Positions 1-12,942 of a stretch of DNA of 64,000 nucleotides are shown here, piece by piece (the first letter of the stretch is position 1; every line of letters starts with the position of its first letter). Source of the stretch: Mobula hypostoma (taxonomy: Eukaryota). The notes beneath the pieces are model-generated. The model was not told where the DNA came from and did not search any database. It saw only the letters and a list, made by a program, of their open reading frames with translations. The position numbers and the translations under genes are program-made. The stretch is taken from positions 124,001 through 188,000 of the forward strand of contig NW_026948139.1 of the NCBI RefSeq assembly GCF_963921235.1. The letters are read 5' to 3'.

Positions 1-3000
1 AACCACATCCCTATCCCTCCATCCTCCTCACATCTGTGTGCTTACCTAAACCACATCCCTATCCCTCCATCCTCCTCACATCTGTGTGCCTACCTAAACC
101 ACGTCCCTATCCCTCCATCCTCCTCACATCTGTGTGCCTACCTAAACCACATCCCTATCCCTCCATCCTCCTCACATCTGTGTGCCTACCTAAACCACAT
201 CCCTATCCCTCCATCCTCCTCACATCTGTGTGCCTACCTAAACCACATCCCTATCCCTCCATCCTCCTCACATCCGTGTGCCTACCTAAACCACGTCCCT
301 CTCCCTCCATCTTCCTCACATCCGTGTGCCTACCTAAACCACATCCCTATCCCTCCATCCTCCTCACATCTGTGTGCCTACCTAAACCACATCCCTATCC
401 CTCCATCCTCCTCACATCTGTGTGCCTACCTAAACCACGTCCCTATCCCTCCATCCTCCTCACATCTGTGTGCTTACCTAAACCACGTCCATATCCCTCC
501 ATCCTCCTCACATCCGTGTGCCTACCTAAACCACGTCCCTATCCCTCCATCCTCCTCACATCTGTGTGCTTACCTAAACCACGTCCCTATCCCTCCATCC
601 TCCTCACATCTGTGTGCCTACCTAAACCACATCCCTATCCCTCCATCCTCCTCACATCTGTGTGCTTACCTAAACCACGTCCATATCCCTCCATCCTCCT
701 CACATCTGTGTGCCTACCTAAACCACGTCCCTATCCCTCCATCCTCCTCACATCTGTGTGCTTACCTAAACCACGTCCCTATCCCTCCATCCTCCTCACA
801 TCTGTGTGCCTACATAAACCACGTCCATATCCCTCCATCCTCCTCACATCTGTGTGCCTACATAAACCACGTCCATATCCCTCCATCCTCCTCACATCTG
901 TGTGCCTACCTAAACCACGTCCCTATCCCTCCATCCTCCTCACATCTGTGTGCCTACCTAAACCACATCCCTATCCCTCCATCCTCCTCACATCTGTGTG
1001 CCTACCTAAACCACATCCCTATCCCTCCATCCTCCTCACATCTGTGTGCCTACCTAAACCACGTCCCTATCCCTCCATCCTCCTCACATCTGTGTGCCTA
1101 CCTAAACCACGTCCCTATCCCTCCATCCTCCTCACATCCGTGTGCCTACCTAAACCACGTCCCTATCCCTCCATCCTCCTCACATCTGTGTGCCTACCTA
1201 AACCACATCCCTATCCCTCCATCCTCCTCACATCTGTGTGCCTACCTAAACCACATCCCTATCCCTCCATCCTCCTCACATCCGTGTGCCTACCTAAACC
1301 ACGTCCCTATCCCTCCATCCTCCTCACATCCGTGTGCCTACCTAAACCACATCCCTATCCCTCCATCTGTCCTCACATCTGTGTGCCTACCTAAACCACG
1401 TCCCTATCCCTCCATCCTCCTCACATCTGTGTGCCTACCTAAACCACATCCCTATCCCTCCATCCTCCTCACATCTGTGTGCCTACCTAAACCACGTCCC
1501 TCTCCCTCCATCCTCCTCACATCTGTGTGCCTACCTAAACCACGTCCCTATCCCTCCATCCTCCTCACATCTGTGTGCCTACCTAAACCACATCCCTATC
1601 CCTCCATCCTCCTCACATCTGTGTGCCTACCTAAACCACGTCCCTCTCCCTCCATCCTCCTCACATCTGTGTGCCTACCTAAACCACGTCCCTATCCCTC
1701 CATCCTCCTCACATCTGTGTGCCTACCTAAACCACGTCCCTATCCCTCCATCCTCCTCACATCTGTGTGCCTACTAACCACGTCCCTATCCCTCCATCCT
1801 CCTCACATCTGTGTGCCTACCTAAACCACATCCCTATCCCTCCATCCTCCTCACATCTGTGTGCCTACCTAAACCACGTCCCTATCCCTCCATCCTCCTC
1901 ACATCTGTGTGCCTACCTAAACCACATCCCTATCCCTCCATCCTCCTCACATCTGTGTGCCTACCTAAACCACGTCCCTATCCCTCCATCCTCCTCGCAT
2001 CTGTGTGCCTACCTAAACCACGTCCCTATCCCTCCATCCTCCTCACATCTGTGTGCCTACCTAAACCACGTCCCTATCCCTCCATCCTCCTCACATCTGT
2101 GTGCCTACCTAAACCACGTCCCTATCCCTCCATCCTCCTCACATCTGTGTGCCTACCTAAACCACGTCCCTATCCCTCCATCCTCCTCACATCTGTGTGC
2201 CTACCTAAACCACGTCCCTATCCCTCCATCCTCCTCACATCTGTGTGCTTACCTAAACCACGTCCCTATCCCTCCATCCTCCTCACATCTGTGTGCCTAC
2301 CTAAACCACATCCCTATCCCTCCATCCTCCTCACATCTGTGTGCCTACCTAAACCACGTCCCTATCCCTCCATCCTCCTCACATCTGTGTGCCTACCTAA
2401 ACCACGTCCCTATCCCTCCATCCTCCTCGCATCTGTGTGCCTACCTAAACCACGTCCATATCCCTCCATCCTCCTCACATCTGTGTGCCTACCTAAACCA
2501 CGTCCCTATCCCTCCATCCTCCTCACATCTGTGTGCTTACCTAAACCACGTCCCTATCCCTCCATCCTCCTCACATCTGTGTGCCTACCTAAACCACGTC
2601 CCTATCCCTCCATCCTCCTCACATCTGTGTGCCTACCTAAACCACGTCCATATCCCTCCATCCTCCTCACATCCGTGTGCCTACCTAAACCACATCCCTA
2701 TCCCTCCATCTTCCTCACATCTGTGTGCCTACCTAAACCACATCCCTATCCCTCCATCCTCCTCACATCTGTGTGCCTACCTAAACCACGTCCCTATCCC
2801 TCCATCCTCCTCACATCTGTGTGCCTACCTAAACCACGTCCCTATCCCTCCATCCTCCTCACATCCGTGTGCCTACCTAAACCACATCCCTATCCCTCCA
2901 TCTTCCTCACATCTGTGTGCCTACCTAAACCACGTCCCTCTCCCTCCATCCTCCTCACATCTGTGTGCCTACCTAAACCACATCCCTATCCCTCCATCCT

Positions 3001-5110
3001 CCTCACATCTGTGTGCCTACCTAAACCACGTCCCTATCCCTCCATCCTCCTCACATCTGTGTGCCTACCTAAACCACATCCCTATCCCTCCATCCTCCTC
3101 ACATCTGTGTGCCTACCTAAACCACGTCCCTCTCCCTCCATCCTCCTCGCATCCGTGTGCCTACCTAAACCACGTCCCTATCCCTCCATCCTCCTCACAT
3201 CCGTGTGCCTACCTAAACCACGTCCCTATCCCTCCATCCTCCTCACATCTGTGTGCCTACCTAAACCACGTCCCTATCCCTCCATCCTCCTCACATCTGT
3301 GTGCCTACCTAAACCACATCCCTATCCCTCCATCCTCCTCACATCTGTGTGCCTACCTAAACCACATCCCTATCCCTCCATCCTCCTCACATCCGTGTGC
3401 CTACCTAAACCACGTCCCTATCCCTCCATCCTCCTCACATCTGTGTGCCTACATAAACCACGTCCATATCCCTCCATCCTCCTCACATCTGTGTGCCTAC
3501 CTAAACCACATCCCTATCCCTCCATCCTCCTCACATCTGTGTGCCTACCTAAACCACGTCCCTATCCCTCCATCCTCCTCGCATCTGTGTGCCTACCTAA
3601 ACCACGTCCCTATCCCTCCATCCTCCTCACATCCGTGTGCCTACCTAAACCACGTCCCTATCCCTCCATCCTCCTCACATCCGTGTGCCTACCTAAACCA
3701 CGTCCCTATCCCTCCATCCTCCTCGCATCTGTGTGCCTACCTAAACCACGTCCCTATCCCTCCATCCTCCTCACATCTGTGTGCCTACCTAAACCACGTC
3801 CATATCCCTCCATCCTCCTCGCATCTGTGTGCCTACCTAAACCACATCCCTATCCCTCCATCCTCCTCACATCTGTGTGCCTACCTAAACCACGTCCCTA
3901 TCCCTCCATCCTCCTCACATCTGTGTGCCTACCTAAACCACGTCCCTATCCCTCCATCCTCCTCGCATCTGTGTGCCTACCTAAACCACGTCCCTATCCC
4001 TCCATCCTCCTCACATCCGTGTGCTTACCTAAACCACGTCCATATCCCTCCATCCTCCTCGCATCTGTGTGCCTACCTAAACCACATCCCTATCCCTCCA
4101 TCCTCCTCACATCTGTGTGCCTACCTAAACCACGTCCCTATCCCTCCATCCTCCTCGCATCTGTGTGCCTACCTAAACCACGTCCCTATCCCTCCATCCT
4201 CCTTGCATCTGTGTGCTTACCTAAACCACGTCCCTCTCCCTCCATCCTCCTCACATCTGTGTGCTTACCTAAACCACGTCCCTATCCCTCCATCCTCCTC
4301 ACATCCGTGTGCCTACCTAAACCACATCCCTATCCCTCCATCCTCCTCACATCTGTGTGCTTACCTAAACCACGTCCCTATCCCTCCATCCTCCTCACAT
4401 CTGTGTGCCTACCTAAACCACATCCCTATCCCTCCATCCTCCTCACATCTGTGTGCCTACATAACGACGTCCCTATCCCTCCATCCTCCTCACATCTGTG
4501 TGCCTACATAACGACGTCCCTATCCCTCCATCCTCCTCACATCTGTGTGCCTACATAACGACGTCCCTATCCCTCCATCCTCCTCACATCTGTGTGCCTA
4601 CCTAAACCACGTCCCTATCCCTCCATCCTCCTCACATCTGTGTGCCTACATAACGACGTCCCTATCCCTCCATCCTCCTCACATCTGTGTGCCTACCTAA
4701 ACCACGTCCCTATCCCTCCATCCTCCTCACATCTGTGTGCTTACCTAAACCACATCCCTATCCCTCCATCCTCCTCACATCCGTGTGCCTACCTAAACCA
4801 CATCCCTATCCCTCCATCCTCCTCACATCCGTGTGCCTACCTAAACCACATCCATATCCCTCCATCCTCCTCACATCCGTGTGCCTACCTAAACCACATC
4901 CCTATCCCTCCATCCTCCTCACATCTGTGTGCCTACCTAAACCACGTCCCTATCCCTCCATCCTCCTCACATCTGTGTGCCTACCTAAACCACGTCCCTA
5001 TCCCTCCATCCTCCTCACATCCGTGTGCCTACCTAAACCACGTCCCTCTCCCTCCATACTCCTCGCATCTGTGTGCTTACCTAAACCACATCCCTATCCC
5101 TCCATCCTCC
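1..5110. repeat. 48-bp minisatellite, about 106 copies in window (unit aaccacRtccctatccctccatcctcctcacatctgtgtgcctaccta); continues beyond the left edge
   Basis: Period of 48 seen directly (aaccac at 1, 49, 97...), with few variant positions; runs straight into a CR1 fragment at 5111. Confidence 0.98.
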
Positions 5111-5370
5111 TTGAACCTACCCCCTCTCACCTTCAATCCATGCCCTCTGGTATTAAACATCTCAACCCTGCAAAACAGATACTCTCTGTCCACTCTATCT
5201 ATGCCTCTCATAATCTTGTAAACCTCTGTCAGATCTCCCCTCAGCTTCCAGCACCCCAGAGAAAACAACCCAAGTTTAACCAGCCTCTCGTGATAGTGTA
5301 TGCCCTCTAAACCAGACAGCATCCTGGTAATCCTCTCCAAAGCCTCAACATCCTTCCTGAGGCATCCAGA
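5111..5370 (-). mobile_element. CR1 LINE 3' fragment
   Basis: Minus ORF 5077-5469 reads KDVEALERITRML...LRGDLTEVYKIMRGIDRVD...TRGHGLKVRGGRF, the typical CR1 ORF2 C-terminus. Confidence 0.85.
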
Positions 5371-6374
5371 ACTGTACACATTACTAAACATTAACAGAAC
5401 GCGGGCTAAAGTGTGACAGTTACACAGAAAGTGCAGTGCAGGGAAACAATGGGTGCAAGGTCCTAACAAGGTGGATTATAAGGCCAAGAATCTAACTTGT
5501 CGTTCCAGGGAACCATTTAATAGTGTTATAACAGCGGGCAGAAGCTGTCCTTCATCCTGGTGGTCCATGTTTTCAGGCTTTTGTATCTCCTGCCCGACGG
5601 GAGAGGCGGGAAGTGAGGATGCCAGGGTTGAGTGAGGGATTTGATTAAGCTGGCTGCTTAGCCGAGGCAGTGAGAAGCGTTGACAGAGTCCGTGGAGAAG
5701 AGGTTAGTTTCTGTGGTGCACTGAGCTGTGTCCACAACTCTGCAGCTTCCTGCAAGAGAACGCTGGTTTAAGGGAAGGGTTAGAGGATGTGGAGGGGACT
5801 TGGGGCAGAATTCTTATTACCCAGAGGGTGATCGGAATGAGGGGCTGGTGGAGGCAGGGACTCTCAAGGTTAAGATGCGTCTTGGTCAGTAGAACCAGCA
5901 CGGTTAAATACGATGGCCAGCATGGATGTGATGGGTCGAAGAGCCTGTTTCTGTGCTGTACACCCCTATGCAATTCCTGATTTCCACCAGAAATGGGAAT
6001 GGTTCCTCTATTTTCTCCCTTAAATCCCTCCGCCAAATTTCCTCCCTCCCACAGAGAAACAACCCGCAGTTCCTCATCCTGGACCATAGGTGGCGAAGTG
6101 GTCAGCCGGAGACACGGGTTCAGTCCCTGCTTTCTGCATTGTCTCTGTAGAGTTTGCACACTCCCCCGTGGGTCGTCCATGTAGCACAACATCTTTCCTT
6201 CCACCCGTCTCCCAGGAGATGGTGTGGAGAGGAGGGGGTATAGTGGAAAAGGGAGGAAGGGTAAAGGAGAGGGAGAGAAATGGAAAGATGGGCAGAAAGA
6301 GACAAAGAAGAGAGAGAAGAAGATAAAGAGAGAAACGTACAAAAGAGGGAGAGACACAGCAGGTAAAAAGCAAG

Positions 6375-6750
6375 TCATGAACACTGAGATGCTGGAAATC
6401 CAGAGCAACACACTCAAAATGCTGGAGGAACTCAGCAGGTCAGGCAGCATCTATGAAGGGGAATAAACAGTCAGTGTTTAAGATCAAGACCCTTCATCAG
6501 TACTGGACAGGAAGAGGTCAGAAGCTAGAATGTAGTGGGGGAAGAGGAGGAAGATGCCCATCTTTCCCCTCACCTGGTCTCACGTATCACCTGCTGGCTT
6601 GTTCTCCTCCATCATCCCCTCCCTCCACCTTTTTATTGCAACTTCTTCCAATCCTGATGAAGGGTCTCGGCCTGAAGCATCCTCAGTTTATTCTCCTCCA
6701 TAGATGCTGCCTGACCCGTTGAGTTCCTCCAGCAATTTGCGTGTGCTGCA
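6375..6750. mobile_element. Foldback Penelope-like (pLTR-derived) non-autonomous element, degenerate
   Basis: Inverted arms (gctggaggaactcagcaggtcaggcagcatctatg / catagatgctgcctgacccgttgagttcctccagc); degenerate ctgatgaagggtctcggcctgaag core near 6655. Confidence 0.7.
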
Positions 6751-7299
6751 GGTGAGAGGGATTGCCAGAGAGCGAGAGAAGGAGATGAAGGAATGCTAAG
6801 AGAAAGACAGATGTGACAGAGAGAGAAAGTGGGACAAAATAAGAGGAAGAGAGAGAGAGATGGATGAGAGAGAGTGTGGGACAAATAGAAAATATGTGTG
6901 AGAGGGATAGAGAGACAGAGAGGGTGGAGGGAAGAGGTGGGGTGATGAAGGACAGAGAGAGAGACCGGTGAGAGTGTGGGACAAAATAGAAAGTGTGTGA
7001 GAGAGAGGGATAGAGAGACAGAGGGGAAGAGGGGAAGATGAAGGAGAGATAGAGATAGAGAGGGAGAGTGGGACAAGCTGGATTGCATTCATCTGCAGTT
7101 GCAAGAGATGAGGAACTGCTGCGGGCTTGTTCTTGCAGAAACATGGCTCCAGGGCAACATCCCATCACCATCGACCTACAGGCCATGACACTCAGTGACT
7201 TAGACCCTATTATTTTTATTTTAAATATGCATTTTGTAATGATGTTTTTCTGTTATATTAATTATATATGCTATATGGTCTTATGCTATATGCCATATG

Positions 7300-10200
7300 G
7301 AAGCTTAAAGGTCTGAGGTGGATAAATCTCCTGGACCTGATGGAATACACCCTCAGGTTCAGAAGGAAGTAGCTGGAGAGATTGTGGAGGCATTAACGAT
7401 GATTTTTCAAGAATCAATAGATTCTGGCATTGTACCAGATGACTGGAAAACTGCAAATGTTACTCCGCTATTTAAGAAGGATGGGAGGCAGCGGAAAGGA
7501 AACTATAGACCTGTTAGCCTGACATCAGTGGTTGGGAAGTTGTTGGAATCATTTGTTAGGAATGAGATTATGGAGTACTTGGAGGCAAATGACAAAATAG
7601 GCCAAAGCCAGCATGGTTTCCTGAAAGGAAAGTCCAGCCTGACAAACCTACTGCAATTCTTTGAGGAAATTACAAGCAGGGTAGACAAAGGAGATGCAGT
7701 AGATGTGGTGTACTTGGATTTTCAGAAGGTCTTTGACAAGGTGCTGCACATGAGGCTGCTTAGCAAGATAAGAGCCCATGGAATTACAGGGAAGTTACTA
7801 GCACGGGTGAAGCATTGGCTGGTTGGCAGAAAACAGAGAGTGGGAATAAAAGGATCCTATTCTGGCTGCCGGTTACAGGTGGAGTTCCATAGGGGTCGGT
7901 GTTGGGACCGCTGCTTTTTACGATGTATGTCAATAATTTGGATTATGGTATTAATGGATTTGTGGCTATATCTGCCGATGATACAAAGATAGGTGGAGGA
8001 ACAGGTAGTGTTGAGGAAACAGGGAGCCTGCAGAGAGACTTAGATTGTTTAGGGGTATCGGCAAAGAGGTGGCAAATGAAATACAATGTTGGAAAGTGTG
8101 TGGTCATGCACTTTTGTGGAAGAAATAAACGGGCAGACTATTATTTAGATGGGGAGAGAATTCAAAATGCAGAGATGCAAAGGCACTTGGGAGTTCTTGT
8201 GCAAGGTATCCTAAAGGTTAACCTCCAGGTTGAGTTGGTTGTGAAGAAGGTGAATGCAATGTTGGCATTCATTTCTGGAGGTATAGAATATAAGAGCAGG
8301 GATGTGATGTTGAGGCTCTATAAGGCACTCATGTGACCACATTTGAAGCATTGTGTGCAATTTTGGGCTCCTTATTTTAGAAAGGATATACTGACATTGG
8401 AGAGGGTTCAGAGAAGATTCATGATACCCCCACAAATGAAAACAATTCAATTATATTCTGAAGTACCTGGTTATAAAATCAACTGCAATAAATCTGAGGC
8501 TATGCCAGTGTCAAAGTTGTGTTATTCAAATTCAGTATCTCAGTTTAATTTCAGATGGGTGCCAGTTGGAATGAAGTATCTGGGGGTCAAACTCAGTCAG
8601 AATTTGGATGAAATAATCACTTTAAATTATGACCCATTATTGAGTAGGATAAGAAATAATCTGGATAAGTGGGGGGCACTGAGACTGTCACTCTGGGGTA
8701 AAGTCAATGTAGTTAAAATGGTCACAGCACCTCAGTTTAATTATCTTTCTATGAAGCTTCCTTTAAGTATATCAGATTTGATCTACAAGCAATACAACAA
8801 AATTATCAGTAATTTTCTACGAGATAAGAAGAAGCCCAGAATTAAAATGAGTAAGATGTGTATGTCCAGGGACATGGGTGGGCTCAGTCTACCAGACGTC
8901 AGGGCATATAAATTATCCTTTGAAATGACAAAATTAGCTAAACATTGGGACAGGGCTGATATTGATTTAGATTGGGTAATTATAGAATGGAGCCTGGCTG
9001 CACAACATTCACCCCTTACATCCTTTCACAACATGTGGAAAACAAGACTAATCTAAATCCTGTACTCTTTCACTGAAGGAGTGTGTGAAGTACAATTCAT
9101 AAAGCTAGTAGAATGTCACATTTAAACCAGTTATACTCCTCGCTCTGGAATAACCCTGAGATATGCATTGGGAAAAGAATGGTGTACTGGAAGGAATGGA
9201 AGTTTAGAGGTGTAAATACAGTCGGTGATCTCTATAAGAATGGGATTTTTATGTCATATGTGGATCTGCAGAGGAAATATAACTTTGTAGATAAAGGGAA
9301 TTTTTAGAAGTATTTGCAAATAAGACATTGCGTTAGTTGCATATTCAAGAATGGTGACCCACAAAGTAACTCTTTAACTGAATACTTACGTTACCACGGT
9401 AAGTTCATAAAGCATCTGTGTTTCATAAAATATCCAAGCATTCTGTGGGTGAATCGTGTAACAATCTCAAAGCAGTGTGGCAGAAGGATCTTGGAAGCGA
9501 TATTGAAGATATCAATATATCAAGTGGTCAAATATTTTATCAAATGTGGGTAGACATATTAGGGAAGCGAGAGGGAAATTTATTCAGTGTAATGTAGTAC
9601 ACTGATATTATTGGACACCAGCTAAACTCTACAAAATGCGGACTGTTAATAATAATTTATGCTGGAAATGTAAAAATGAGGTGGGCACATATTTTCACAT
9701 GATTTGGGAGTGTTCTATGGTTCGTCCATTTTGGTGTAGAGTTCTTGATCTATTGGGGAGTTGGTCGGGTTCCACACTGCCCATGGCTTTGTCTCTTGGG
9801 TGATGGGACAATGATACCTAATGTAAACAATGATAAATTTACTATTTTAAAGGTGGGTCTCATCACAGTTGCAAGAATTATATTGCAAAACTGGAAAAAA
9901 AACGAGATGTCCCACTGTGAGGGAATGGACTGAGGAAATGATTACGATTTCATCATATGATCACGTGTTGGGAAGAATTAACAGTGAGGGGAAAAGTGCA
10001 AGATGCATGGGATCAATTTTGGTTGTATGTTAATTTAAACTTAAATTAGAACTTCTTTCTGTTTCTAAGTTTTATTTGTTTCCCTGTCAGGGGATGGCTG
10101 TGTAAATATGCTGTACTGTATCTGCTCTATGATATGCTGTGCTGCTTTGGAAAATAAGAATAAATAATAATAAAGTTTGAATTACTAAAAAAAAAGAGAA

Positions 10201-10655
10201 GATTCACGAGAATGTTTGTAAGAATGAAAGGGTTACTGTATGAGGAACGTCTGGCAGCTCTTGGGCTGTACTCCCTGGAGTTCAGGAGAATGAGGGGGGA
10301 TTCCGAATGTTAAAAGGCCTGAACAGATTAGATATGGCAAAGTTATTTCCCATGGTAGGGGATTTTAGGACAAGAGGGTATGACTTCAGGATTAAAGGAC
10401 ATCCTTTTAGAACTGAGATGTGGAGAAATTACTTTAGTCAGAGAGTGGTAAATCTGTGGAATTTGTTGCCACTAGTGGCTGTGGAGGCCAAGTCATTGGG
10501 TGTATTTAAGGCAGAGATAGATAGATTTTTGATTAGCTAGGGCATCAAAGGGTATGAGGTGAAAGCAGGGGAGTGGGGATGACTGGAAGAATTAGATCAG
10601 CCCGTGATTGAATGGTGGAGCCTACTTTTGCTCCCATACCTTATGGTCTTATATG
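7300..10655 (+). mobile_element. CR1 LINE ORF2 (reverse transcriptase) remnant, split by an L1-like insertion at 8425-10195
   Basis: KSPGPDG, NYRPVSLTSVVGK, QHGF, YLDFQK.FD and ADDTK motifs in ORFs 7318-8336; the CR1 resumes at 10196 and ends in a ttatggtctta tail. Confidence 0.92.
8425..10195 (+). mobile_element. 5'-truncated L1/Tx1-clade LINE with poly(A) tail and target-site duplication
   Basis: GYKINCNKSEAM, KYLGV, LSLWGKVNVVKM, GGLSLPD and a CWKC...HMIWEC zinc knuckle; aataaa plus A-run ending at 10195; TSD gagaagattcaYga at 8411-8424 and 10196-10209. Confidence 0.9.
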
Positions 10656-12130
10656 TTCTGAAAGAGGTGGCTGAAAGAGTTTGAAGAGGCATTAGTAAGG
10701 ATCGTTCAAGAATCACTAGATCCTGGAACAGTTCCAGAAGACTGGAAAATTGCGAATATCACTCCACTCTTCAAGAAGGGAGAAAGGCAGAAGAAAGGAA
10801 ATTATAGGCCAGCTAGTCTGACCTAAGTGGTTAGGAAGATGTTGGAGTCAATTGTTAAGGATGTGGTTTCAGGGTCATTGAAGGCACCTGATAGAATAGG
10901 TCATAGTCAGCGTGGTTTCCTCAAGGGAAAATCTTGCCTGACAAATCTGTTGGACAAACAGGATAGACAAATGATGCTGTGTACTTGGATTTTCAGAAGG
11001 CCTTTGTCAAGGTGCCACATCTGAGGCTGCTTAAGTTAAGAGCCTTTGGTTTTACAGGAAAGATACTAGCATGGGTGAAACATTGGCTGATTGCAGGAGG
11101 CAAGGGATGGGATTAAAGGAAGCCTTTTCTGCTTGGCTGTTGATGACTAGTAGCGTTTCACAGAGGTTTGTGTTGGAACTGCTTCCATTTGCATTATATG
11201 TCAATGACTTGCACGAGGCAATTGATGGCTTTGTGGCCAAGTTTGCAGACAATGCAAAGATACGTGCAGGGGCAGGTCGTCTTCAGGAAGTAGAACAGCC
11301 ACAGAAGGGCAGATTAGGAGAATGGGCAAAGAAATGGCTGATGGAATACAGTGTTGGGAAGTGTATGGTCATGCACTTTGGCAGAAGAAATGAAAGGGTT
11401 GAGTATTTTAAATGGAGAGAACATTAAAAAATCTGAGGTACAAACGGACTTGGGAGTCCTTGTGCAGGATTTCCTGAAGGTTACTTTGCAGGTTGAGTCT
11501 GTGATGAAGAAGGCAAATGCAACGTTTGGCATTAATTTCAAAAGGACTAGAATATAAAAGCTAGGATGTAATGTTGAGACTGTATAGAGCACTGGCGAGG
11601 CCTCACTTGGAGTATTGTAAGAAGTTTATGTAAAAAAAGGATATGCTGAAACTGGAAAGGGTTCAAAGGAGGTTCGCGAAAATGATTCCAGGATTGAAAG
11701 GCTTGTCATATGAGGGTTTTTCTACTCACAGGAATTCAGAAGAATGAAGGGTAGCCTCATTGAAACCTATGGAGTGGTGAAAGGCCTTAACAGAGTTAAT
11801 GTGGAGAGGATGTTCCCTGTAGTGGGCGAGTATATGACCAAAGAATAGAGGGGTGTCCTTTTTAGAACGGAGATGAAGAGGAATTTCTTCAGCCAGAGAG
11901 TGCTGTATCTGTGGAATTCGTTGTCACAGGTGGCTGTGGAGGCCAAGTCGTTGTGTACACGTACAGAAAGCCCAAGCTGATAGATTCTTGATCGGTCAGG
12001 GCATGAAGGGGTAGTGGGAGAAGGCAGGAGAGTGGGGCCGAGAGGGAAAATGGATCGGCCATGATGAAATGGCAGAACAGACTGGATGGCCCAAATGGCC
12101 TGATTGTGCTGCCATATCGTATGGTCTAAT
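10656..12130 (+). mobile_element. Second CR1 LINE remnant, head-to-tail with the first
   Basis: Degenerate RT motifs (NYRPASLT, KFADNAK) and a tatcgtatggtctaatg tail. Confidence 0.85.
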
Positions 12131-12449
12131 GCTGAGTGTGACTGTCGGTGCGGTGTTTGCAGGCTAGCTGTAAGCACGGGTACGGTGAAATATCAATTAA
12201 ACGAACAAAATAGAAAGGGGGGGACGAAAAGCAAGTGAGAAACGGGAGGATGTTTGAGCCAGAAAACAGAGAAAGGGGGGCTGGGAGAGGGGGCTAGAGT
12301 GGGGAGAGAGAAGGAGGTGGGGGGAGAGGAGGGTGTGCGGCCAACCCTGCTGTAAGAGACGGCGTGGAGATTGGGCGCCGTCCTCTCTCCCTCGATGCGT
12401 TGATGCGAAGATGCTGGTGGGGGTAGGGGGAGTGGCGCCCCGACCTTAC

Positions 12450-12942
12450 CTGGGGGTGCTGGGGGTCCCCGACGCTGCGTTGGAAGAGTTCCCGCAGCCT
12501 CTCCGTGTCCAGGGCCACGGGTTGCAGCCCGTCCCAGATGGTGGCGGGTCCGAAGCGGCTGAACTTGGGCTGGGCGGGCAGCTCGGCGATGCCCTTCCAG
12601 TGCAGCCTGCGGGTGCCCCTGCCTCCGCCGGTCCTGGGGGTCGCGCCGGCGAGGGGAGGGGGGGGAGGGAGAGGGGGAGGGGGCGGGGGTCCGTTCCCCT
12701 GCGTCGGGCACGGAGTGGCGCCGTCGGACCGGGGGTGTCCTTCGCCCTCCTCTTCCTCCTCCCGCAGGTCGCTAAAGTCCAGGGTCTTCAACCGCAGCTC
12801 CCTGGCGCTCCCCAGCAGGACGTCCCACAGCTGTTCCAAGCCTCTCCTAGCCTCGGGCACCCCATCTCCGTCCTGGGACTCGGCAGCCCCCGTCTTCATC
12901 CTGGCCAGGATCGGGAATGGAGTGCTGGGGTGTTGACAGAGG
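12450..12942 (-). CDS. Exon of an FHOD-family formin (FHOD1/FHOD3-like): DFSDL motif, short FH1 and start of FH2
   Basis: WDVLLGSARELRLKTLDFSDLREEE resembles FHOD3 WDQLMANPRELRIQDMDFTDLGEED; polyproline FH1 follows; then TRRLHWK...IWDGLQPVALDTERLRELF resembles the FHOD FH2 entry. Acceptor ccttactccag (phase 2) and donor CAG|gtaagg (phase 0). Confidence 0.85.

Noticed and set aside
36-5310. Very long ORFs (452, 914 and 915 aa) with 16-aa periodicity
   Set aside because: A by-product of a stop-free 48-bp unit; open in two frames at once and broken by single-base indels; the starts are non-ATG.
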